From positions 215,740 through 279,739 of the forward strand of contig CM082578.2 of NCBI GenBank assembly GCA_040954595.2: DNA of 64,000 nt. Direction: 5' to 3'. Positions within the stretch are counted from its first letter, which is position 1, and each line of letters begins with the position of its first letter. Under the pieces are notes generated by a model. That model had not been told where the DNA came from. It did not search any database and saw only the letters and a list, made by a program, of their open reading frames with translations. The DNA comes from Balanoglossus misakiensis (taxonomy: Eukaryota; Animalia; Hemichordata). The position numbers and the translations under genes are program-made. Positions 10,188 through 18,476 of this stretch are shown here, one piece after another.

Positions 10188-12368
10188 TACCAGGTGCCAT
10201 TACCGTTTCGTGATGACGGTGTTACGATGCCAAACAACAAAGTGGCAGTAGAATATCGGCTTTCTCAGTTGGGAAAGAAATTTAGAAACAACGATGACTA
10301 TCGTCAAGAATATACTACCTTCATGGAAAGTATTATAGACAAAGGCTATGCTGAAAGGGTGCCACAGGAAGAATTGGAAGGCAATCCTGGAAAGAAATGG
10401 TATCTTCCCCATCATGGCGTATACCATCCACAGAAACAGAAAATCCGGGTAGTCTTCGACTGTGGTGCAGAATACAAGGGAACTTCTTTGAACAAGGAAT
10501 TAATGCAAGGACCGGATCTGACCAGTTCACTTGTAGGAGTGCTTATACGTTTTCGTGAAGAGCGGATAGCACTGATGTCAGATATAGAGGCTATGTTCTC
10601 TCAAGTTGGCGTGTCGCAAGAAAACCGAGATTTCCAGCGTTTTCTGTGGTGGCCTAATGGTAATGTAGAGGAACCTCCTGTCGAGTACCGAATGACAGTG
10701 CACATCTTCGGGGCTACATCGTCACCCAGTTGTGCAAACTTCGCGTTGAAGAAAGCTCCAGACAATACTTCTGATCTGAGTGTCAAGAACACCATATCTA
10801 GAAACTTCTACGTTGATGACATGTTGAAGGCAGCATCAACAGTGATGGAAGGAAAGTCTTTGGCTGAAGGGCTGACAGACACCTGTAAGAAATCAGGGTT
10901 CAAGCTCACAAAGTGGATCAGCAATACGCGTCCAGTTTTGGAAGCAATACCTGAAGAACAAAGGGCGATAGAGGTGAAGAACTTAGACTTGGAGCGAGAT
11001 GACTTGCCAATGGAGCATGCACTCGGTATGCAGTGGAACGTGGAATCTGACGAATTCGGATTCAGAAATCGTACTAAAGAGAAACCAGCGACCAGACGAG
11101 GAATTCTGGGAGTGGTTAGTTCATTATACGACCCACTGGGCATGGCAGCACCAGCGCTTCTGCCACCCAAGATGCTTTTGCAGCAGCTGTGTAAAGCAAA
11201 ACTAAGCTGGGATGATGATATTCCTGGAAAACAACGCAAAGTGTGGGAGAATTGGTTGAGGGATCTACCGAAATTAGAAGAGTGTTTCGCAGTACCCAGA
11301 TGTATAAAGCCCGAGCACTTTGGTGAAGTAGACACAGCTCAGCTACATCACTTTGCTGATGCCAGCGAAAATGGATATGGCGCTGTATCATATCTTAGGT
11401 TGATCGACAAAAGCGGAAACATCCACAGCACTTTGATGATGGCCAAAGCAAGAGTGGCTCCATTGAAGCAAATATCGATCCCACGAATGGAATTAACTGC
11501 AGCTACTGTAGCAGTGAGGCTTGACAAACTTCTCAGAAATGAGGTGGATTTGCCAATCAATGAATCCGTGTTTTGGACGGATAGCAAAACCGTGCTGCGG
11601 TACATAAACAACAAAACCACAAGATTTCATACCTTCGTGGCGAATAGACTAGCAGTGATTCGAGGAGGATCAGACCCAGCGAACTGGCGCTACATTAATA
11701 CCAGTGACAACCCGGCAGATGAGTGCTCTAGAGGTCAGAAAATAGATGCTTTTCTGAAGAACGAAAGATGGATAGGTGGTCCTGATTTCTTGCGGAAGAC
11801 ACAAGACAAATGGCCAAGTGATAGCTACAATACACAGGTAGATCCAGAAGATCCAGAGGTGAAGAAATCTGCACTAGTGCATAGAATAGCCTTGAGGTCG
11901 GAAGAAGAAACTGTACCCGTTGTGTTGGGAACAGTACCTGTTGTTTCGGGAGAACGACAGACGCCTGACAAAGGGGCGGATCGATCCATGTCCGTTAATG
12001 CGGAGGAGACGGTTCAGAAAATGATAGACCACTACTCCAGTTGGTATAAACTGAAGAAAGCAGTGGCCTGGATACGTAAAGTGGGTGACACATTGTTGAG
12101 ATGTGCCAAGAACAAAAGTCGTCGTACAGATGGACCGCATGAGATTACAGTATCGTCGGACGACGTTAGAGACTTAAAAGCATTGACACCCAGTATGTTG
12201 CTTACTATGAAGGGAGCAGCAACACCCCCTGGTGTGACGGAGAAGAACGACTTGTATGCTGTACACAGATGGAAGCAAGTGCAGTATCTGTCAGATTTGT
12301 ATTGGAAAAGGATGAGAACACCTCCACAAATGCGTGGCCTTGGGTGTAATCGTCAAAGTTATGCCTGA
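10083..12368 (+). CDS. pol: BEL/Pao pol remnant: RT and RNase H (pol homology starts at ~10182; first ~33 codons are antisense spacer)
   Basis: Same motifs as the mirror ORF from GHYQVPLPF onward; retains NPADECSRG. Confidence 0.85.
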   Translation: MSAKCFRTEYCVTAVVNKGVRLYTKTTRSTFDLGHYQVPLPFRDDGVTMPNNKVAVEYRLSQLGKKFRNNDDYRQEYTTFMESIIDKGYAERVPQEELEGNPGKKWYLPHHGVYHPQKQKIRVVFDCGAEYKGTSLNKELMQGPDLTSSLVGVLIRFREERIALMSDIEAMFSQVGVSQENRDFQRFLWWPNGNVEEPPVEYRMTVHIFGATSSPSCANFALKKAPDNTSDLSVKNTISRNFYVDDMLKAASTVMEGKSLAEGLTDTCKKSGFKLTKWISNTRPVLEAIPEEQRAIEVKNLDLERDDLPMEHALGMQWNVESDEFGFRNRTKEKPATRRGILGVVSSLYDPLGMAAPALLPPKMLLQQLCKAKLSWDDDIPGKQRKVWENWLRDLPKLEECFAVPRCIKPEHFGEVDTAQLHHFADASENGYGAVSYLRLIDKSGNIHSTLMMAKARVAPLKQISIPRMELTAATVAVRLDKLLRNEVDLPINESVFWTDSKTVLRYINNKTTRFHTFVANRLAVIRGGSDPANWRYINTSDNPADECSRGQKIDAFLKNERWIGGPDFLRKTQDKWPSDSYNTQVDPEDPEVKKSALVHRIALRSEEETVPVVLGTVPVVSGERQTPDKGADRSMSVNAEETVQKMIDHYSSWYKLKKAVAWIRKVGDTLLRCAKNKSRRTDGPHEITVSSDDVRDLKALTPSMLLTMKGAATPPGVTEKNDLYAVHRWKQVQYLSDLYWKRMRTPPQMRGLGCNRQSYA

Positions 12369-12836
12369 TCGGAAAGGGGTGGTGAGACGAGTATTGGTGA
12401 AGACCAGATCCAGTGTTTTAGAAAGACCATATGATAAGTTGTGCACATTGCTGGAAGCACAGACTTAGTGGTATTGGTATGGTTGCAGTTACCAGCAGCT
12501 GTAATAACAACGATCTCAAGTAGTGGCCAGTCTATCCACTACGTCCAGCGTTTGATCTCATCTTTGAAGTACAGATGTGTTGGATATCATGCTTGGCAGC
12601 ATGATTGACCGGACGAGGTCTGGGCATGGTCTAGGATGTATCATCACATTCATGAAGAAAAGGATTCTTGTATTCGCGTTTCCTGAAAAACTTTCGACTT
12701 CGCGTTTCGAGATATTTATAGATATTGTTTTGTAATTTCTATTTGATATGTAATTTCGGCACATATGGATGTTGGCGTTTTGAATTTGCTAGGATGGAAA
12801 TTGTTAATGTTTTTTCATGAACAATTTGGGGGCTGG

Positions 12837-13223
12837 TGTAAGGACGCCCAGTTCTTAGAGAAACTGAAATATTTAGTCTAGCGCCCTCGCGCTGTGAGTA
12901 CATTAGCGCATGCGCTTTTGTTTAGAAAATATCTGGAAAATTCCATGGCGCACATGTGAGGACTTTTGCACAGTTAGCCTGGGGATTTTTGCCAGTTTTC
13001 TACGGAAACTTCAACCACCGCGACGCATCATCCAGTGCCAGTGTTGTATGTTCAGGCATTAAATGTTCGTGTAAAGTTCCGAGCAGCGTTTTCTGTGACA
13101 TCTGACAAGGAATGTTCGTCGGCGATGGTGAGCTCCAGTTAGTTAACGGCAAATACTATAGAACCCTGTGGCCTTTGATGTGAATTTGGGCGCCATTTGA
13201 GACGGCACATCGAGGTTACTACA
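12837..13223 (+). repeat. BEL/Pao 3' LTR (387 bp), right arm
   Basis: Purine-rich ttgggggctgg, then TGTAAGG...ATTAAA...TACTACA, followed by satellite ctggtaacgttg. Confidence 0.85.
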
Positions 13224-16200
13224 CTGGTAACGTTGAACAAGTCGATTTTTCTAGGGCCTGGCTCGGCTAAATCTCCGTCACAATATGACAGACACTAGCG
13301 TATGTTAGCAACGGTGATCAAGTCAGATTTTCTACGGCATGGCTTGGATAAAGCCCCGGCACTCTAGAGCAGAAACACGCGAACAGAGACCACGTTGATC
13401 AAGTCTGATCTCCTACGGCTTGGCTCGACTGAAACCCTGGCACACTATGACAGACACTAGCGTTCGTTAGCAACGTTGATCAAGTCAGATTTCCTACGGC
13501 ATGGCTTGGCTAAAGCCCTGGCACTCTAGAGCAGAAACACGCGTACAGAGACCACGTTGATCTACTCACATTTCCTTCGGCCTGGCACGGCTGATGCCCC
13601 GGCACTATATATAGGACACAGACTGGCGTAAGTTAACAACGGTAATCACGTCGGGTTTCCTACGGCCTGGCTCAGCTGAAGTCCCGGCACTCTAGAGCAG
13701 AAACAGGCGTACATTGACCACGTTGATCAAGTCAGATTTCCTACGGCGTGACTCGGCTGGTGCACCGGCTCTATATGACACAGACTGGCGTAAGTTATCA
13801 ACGGTGATTACGTCGGATTTCCTACGGCCTGGTTTAGCTGAAGCCCCGGCACTTTAGAGCGGAAACACGCGTACATTGACCACGATGATCAAGTCAGATC
13901 TCCTACGGCCTGGCTCGACTAAAACCCCGGCACACCATGACAGACACTAGCGTTCGTTAGCAACGGTGATCAAGTCGGATTTCCTTCGGCCTGGCTCTGC
14001 AAAAGACCTGACACTCTAGTACAAAGACGTTGGCTAAGTCGGGCAAACCGAAGAGGGAAAGTCACAGCGGGTCAACACTCGACATTTGTTCGGGTAGGAC
14101 TGCATTATTGCCTGTCAATTTATAGAGAAAGCTCGAATTTAACCAGGGCGTTTCAAACACCGACGTTAGTTGGGGGCACGGCCTGCAGTACTGCCGGGTA
14201 AGCTGACATCGGCGTACCGCATGTAATGTAGGGGGGGGGGGGAGGGAAACAGAACGGTTCAATGCTACATTTATCAGATATCAGCTAATTTTGGACAATC
14301 ATCTAAAATCTAAATCATTTTTTCATATTTGGATATCTGATGATGTATGAAATTTCCATTATATGTAAAAATGGTGCTGATTATAAAAATGCACTCTGAA
14401 TGAGCTGATTTAATACAAAATTGCGTTTTATTCGTTTTTGCACCAAAAAGGTCATTTTTAGGCAAAACATTCTTTATTTTTTAATTCGGTGACCTGATCA
14501 TATATAAACAATTGCTTGTATGTTAAAAGTTTTTCTGACTTTTAAAAGCCGTGACACTGGCGGCATTCAACACGAAAATAACAATTTTAGCCACAATTTG
14601 GTCAAAATGGTAAATTTTTGAAAATTACAAAAAATACCTGTTTTCTACATTTTCGGAAATCTGATGGAGTATAGAATGCTCTTCGTATCTATATATATCG
14701 ATACAAATTCCACAAAAGACCGTCTAATTTGGCTCACTGCAGACAAATTGCGTTTTACCAAATTTTCCTTGAAAATGTCATTTTTAGAAAAAAAATAAAA
14801 AAACCTTTGTTCTTCGAATTTGGTGCCCTGATCATATATGACATGTTGATTGTATGTTAAAACTTTCGACCACTCCAAAAATGCAGAGATATTGACGGAA
14901 TTCAAGAAAAAATAGCCATTTTGGCCATATGTTGACAAAAATGGTAAATTTTAAAAAAATCTTAAAAAATTAACTCTTTTCTTCATTTTCGGAAATATTA
15001 TGGAGCATGAAGTGTCGTTCTCTTGTAAAAAGTGCTGCAAATTCCAGAAAAGGCGGTATAATTTGAATCACCCAAGTCAAAATTACCATTTTCGACATTT
15101 TCCGAAAAATTGTCTTTTTTACAAAATAAATAAGAATAAATTCTTTTCTTAGTTTCAAACGGGTAGAGATACTTTCCACACGGGTTTTCTAACATTGAAT
15201 TCCCGTTCATCAACTCAGATTTCCTACAGCATAAGTCGGCTAAAACCCTGACACTCTAGAGCAGAAACAGTTGCACACTGGTAACGTTGAACAAGTCGAT
15301 TTTTCTACGGCCTGGCTCGGCTAAATCTCCGTCAAAATATGACAGACACTAGCGTACGTTAGCAACGGTGATCAAGTCAGATTTTCTACGGCATGGCTTG
15401 GATAAAACCCCGGCACTCTAGAGCAGAAACACGCGTACAGAGACCACGTTGATCAAGTCTGTGTCCTATATATAGTGCCGGGGCATCAGCCGTGCCAGGC
15501 CGAAGGAAATGTGAGTAGATCAACGTGGTCTCCCGTGTGGAAAGTATCTCTACCCGTTTGAAACTAAGAAAAGAATTTATTCTTATTTATTTGTAAAAAA
15601 GACAACGTTGATCAAGTCAGATTTCCTACAGCATGGCTTGGCTAAAGCCCTGGCACTCTAGAGCAGAAACACGCGTTCAGAGACCACGTTGATCTACTCA
15701 CATTTCCTTCGGCCTGGCACGGCTGATGCCCCGGCACTATATATAGGACACAGACTGGCGTAAGTTAACAACGGTAATCACGTCGGGTTTCCTACGGCCT
15801 GGCTCAGCTGAAGCCCCGGCACTCTAGAGCAGAAACATGCGTACATTGACCACGTTGATCAAGTCAGATTTCCTATGGCGTGACTCGGCTGGTGCACCGG
15901 CTCTATATGACACAGACTGGCGTAAGTTATCAACGGTGATTACGTCGGATTTCCTACGGCCTGGTTTAGCTGAAGCCCCGGCACTTTAGAGCGGAAACAC
16001 GCGTATATTGACCACGATGATCAAGTCAGATCTCCTACGGCCTGGCTCGACTAAAACCCCGGCACACCATGACAGACACTAGCGTTCGTTAGCAACGGTG
16101 ATCAAGTCGGATTTCCTTCGGCCTGGCTCTGCAAAAGACCCGACACTCTGGTACAAAGACGTTGGCTAAGTCGGGGAAAACGAAGAGGGAAAGTCACAGC

Positions 16201-16286
16201 GGGTCAACACTCGACATTTGTTCGGGTAGGACTGCATTATTGCCTGTCAATTTATAGAGAGAGCCCGAATTTAACCAGGGCGTTTC
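13224..16286 (-). repeat. 2-kb macrosatellite, inverted block
   Basis: Reverse complement of the block 1 unit (poly-G at ~14231). Confidence 0.95.
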
Positions 16287-16634
16287 CAGGCATGATCTTG
16301 AAAACTGTAATACCGAGGTCATGTGGTGGTGGCGCTGTTTTACTGGTCGCAGCTTAGTGATTACGGCTCCTGAAAATTGCTAGTTTTTTGCCTTAGATCT
16401 GATGCTTATGACTTGTACGGCACAAGGACTGGAACATGAAACTGTTCTTAATACCTAGAACCTTGTTTGAAATGTAAGTGTGCACTGTTCATCTGGATTT
16501 CGCCATTCGGTTTTTCTTCTTCACCATATGTGTATTGAAGGACTGCACTGTACAATCTCTCTGGAGTGGCGGGAAATTTGTATTGTCATCCAAATAACTG
16601 TATTGTCTTCCAAAAATTTGCATTGCAAATCAAG

Positions 16635-18476
16635 ATGGCAACACAAAGGAAATCTGTCACCGGTGAATCCACAGTTCCATTAGACATTGAGCGACAGATG
16701 AAAGCAAAGTACCTGGATCGAGTAAACGACATGTCTCCACAAGAACTGAAATCATTCAGCAAATGGCCACTTGTCAAAGAGTTAAATGCCGAAATGACGC
16801 TCCTGCTACCTAATGTTGAAGCCGATCCCATTAAAAAGGTATGCCACTACATCGGAAACGCCTTGAATAACCGTGTCCAACAGCGCCTGGCAGAGGTAAG
16901 CCGTCCATCGTCACCGCCTGCTGCCAACTATGTCATTGACATGGTTACCTCTCCTATAAAGTCGCTAGTGAGAAGCTTTAGTCACAGCAACTCCGAAGTT
17001 GATTCGTCTGATATTACCCTGGAATCCGACAATGTTGAATCAACCCAGCGACCACCAAAAGCTGGTAAGAAAACCCCACGCAAGTCAAAGAAAAAGCGTC
17101 AAGCGGAAAAGAATCGTCAACAAAAATCACCCGGCACTGAATGTTACTGTACTGAAAACTGCAAACTTGATAGATCGGGTAATGGTGAAATGATTCGGTG
17201 CTGCTTGTGTTATAGCTGGTTTCACCTAAAGTGCATAAATGTTGAAAATGAGGAACTGAACCGCTATTTCTGGCCATGCCATGACTGTAGACGTCTGTCA
17301 CATTCCGTCACTGCACTGAATAATCAAATTTCTGAATTTAAGGACACCAATGAATACCTACGGGATATATACTCATCCGCTACGAAAGAAAACGCTGAAT
17401 TAAAGGAGGAACTTCTCAAGCTCCGTGACGTAAATGCCGACCTGAAAATGAGACTACATACGGAACTGACTAAACAAAGTAACCGTCCGGAGGTAAGATC
17501 TCTAGGTACACAAACTAGTGATGATATGATCCAGACAGATGAGTCTCATGTCAGAGAGCAGCGTACACAAGACCAAACATTATTCGTTGGGGACTCGTTA
17601 CTTCGTTTCATATCCCCAGTAAATCACAATGCTACAGTGGAAGCTATTCCAGGTGCTACGATTAATGACATTCATGCTAACCTGTCTGCTAAATGCAACG
17701 ACAAATACAGGGAAATATATCTCCAAGTAGGAACAAATGACATCAGTAAGATGATTCCAACGGGTGATATCATAGCAAGCTACCTGGATTTGATAAAACT
17801 CGCCAAAACCTTGTCAAATGATCGAGTCATCGTTCTCAGCATTCCGCCTCGGACAGACACTACTGATGTTCAACCAAAAATAGATGAAGTTAACAATGTG
17901 CTTGCTTTGCTGTGCCAACGGGAAAACGTCAATTTCATTGACAACGATGGTACCTTCAAATTCCGTAATAACACAATTGATGCGTCTACACTCTATCGAG
18001 ACGGCATTCACCTAAGTGTCAAAGGCATTCGTATTATGTTGACGAATGCTGGTCTCGAACAACTGTTCACACCGGGCAAATTTCAACGTCGAAGATGGGA
18101 TAACCAATCGTCTACTCGCCCGGACGAATTTCAACGTCGAAGATGGGATAACCAATCGTTTACTCGCCCGGACGAATTTCAACGTCGAAGATGGGATAAC
18201 CAATCGTTTACTCGCCCTGGGCCAGCAGTTCAACGGCAAAGATACGAAAACACTTTTCTCAGCAGAAGACCGGAACAACATGTCGTAACCAACAGAAACC
18301 CAAACGCCGGTCGTATGTTCTCGCAGCGTAACTTCTCGCAACCCGCAACAAATGTCAAATGTTTCAACTGCGGAGAGGATGGTCACGTGAGTCGTGTTTG
18401 TCGACATGGTGCAGCGGTAACTTGCTGGTCATGTGGCACTCAAGGGCACAAGTCAAAGAACTGTACCCGCGCCTGA
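16635..18476 (+). CDS. LINE ORF1p: PHD finger, coiled coil, SGNH/GDSL esterase, two CCHC zinc knuckles
   Basis: First in-frame ATG at 16635 (the ORF track opens at 16566 on GTG). CYC...MIRCCLCYSWFHLKC...WPCHDC; FVGDSLLR, VGTND, DGIHL; CFNCGEDGHVSRVC, CWSCGTQGHKSKNC. Confidence 0.9.
   Translation: MATQRKSVTGESTVPLDIERQMKAKYLDRVNDMSPQELKSFSKWPLVKELNAEMTLLLPNVEADPIKKVCHYIGNALNNRVQQRLAEVSRPSSPPAANYVIDMVTSPIKSLVRSFSHSNSEVDSSDITLESDNVESTQRPPKAGKKTPRKSKKKRQAEKNRQQKSPGTECYCTENCKLDRSGNGEMIRCCLCYSWFHLKCINVENEELNRYFWPCHDCRRLSHSVTALNNQISEFKDTNEYLRDIYSSATKENAELKEELLKLRDVNADLKMRLHTELTKQSNRPEVRSLGTQTSDDMIQTDESHVREQRTQDQTLFVGDSLLRFISPVNHNATVEAIPGATINDIHANLSAKCNDKYREIYLQVGTNDISKMIPTGDIIASYLDLIKLAKTLSNDRVIVLSIPPRTDTTDVQPKIDEVNNVLALLCQRENVNFIDNDGTFKFRNNTIDASTLYRDGIHLSVKGIRIMLTNAGLEQLFTPGKFQRRRWDNQSSTRPDEFQRRRWDNQSFTRPDEFQRRRWDNQSFTRPGPAVQRQRYENTFLSRRPEQHVVTNRNPNAGRMFSQRNFSQPATNVKCFNCGEDGHVSRVCRHGAAVTCWSCGTQGHKSKNCTRA
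18081..18218 (+). repeat. 48-bp coding tandem repeat x3 (FQRRRWDNQS[S/F]TRPDE)
   Basis: tttcaacgtcgaagatgggataacc at 18081, 18129 and 18177. Confidence 0.95.

Larger units (their letters stand above)
6506..13223. mobile_element. BEL/Pao LTR retrotransposon remnant arranged as a fold-back palindrome (copy 1)
   Basis: 6506-9522 is the reverse complement of 10181-13223, with a 658-bp spacer (9523-10180) encoding the protease. Both ends are 3' LTRs. No gag, 5' LTR or TSD. Confidence 0.95.

Noticed and set aside
7283-12140. Short ORFs antisense to BEL pol, and similar ones antisense to the LINE ORFs
   Set aside because: Shadow frames of the retroelement ORFs with no motifs.
6506-13223. DIRS-like or TIR element with inverted terminal repeats
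   Set aside because: The inversion includes pol and extends into the flanking satellite; there is no tyrosine recombinase, transposase or TSD. A fold-back of one BEL insertion explains it.
13655-13680. cctacggcc resembling the 5' end of 5S rRNA
   Set aside because: The match is only ~9 nt, with no 5S internal control region or ~120-nt body; no tRNA cloverleaf seen either.
14331-14362. Hammerhead-like core ctgatga-tgtat-gaaa (retrozyme hypothesis)
   Set aside because: No pairable stem II between CUGAUGA and GAAA and no complementary stem I; the paralogous position reads ctgatgga.
15160-15200. cacgggttttctaa as a Helitron 3' end (CTRR)
   Set aside because: No GC-rich hairpin immediately upstream on that strand and no clear TC 5' end; a transposon origin of the unit is unsupported.
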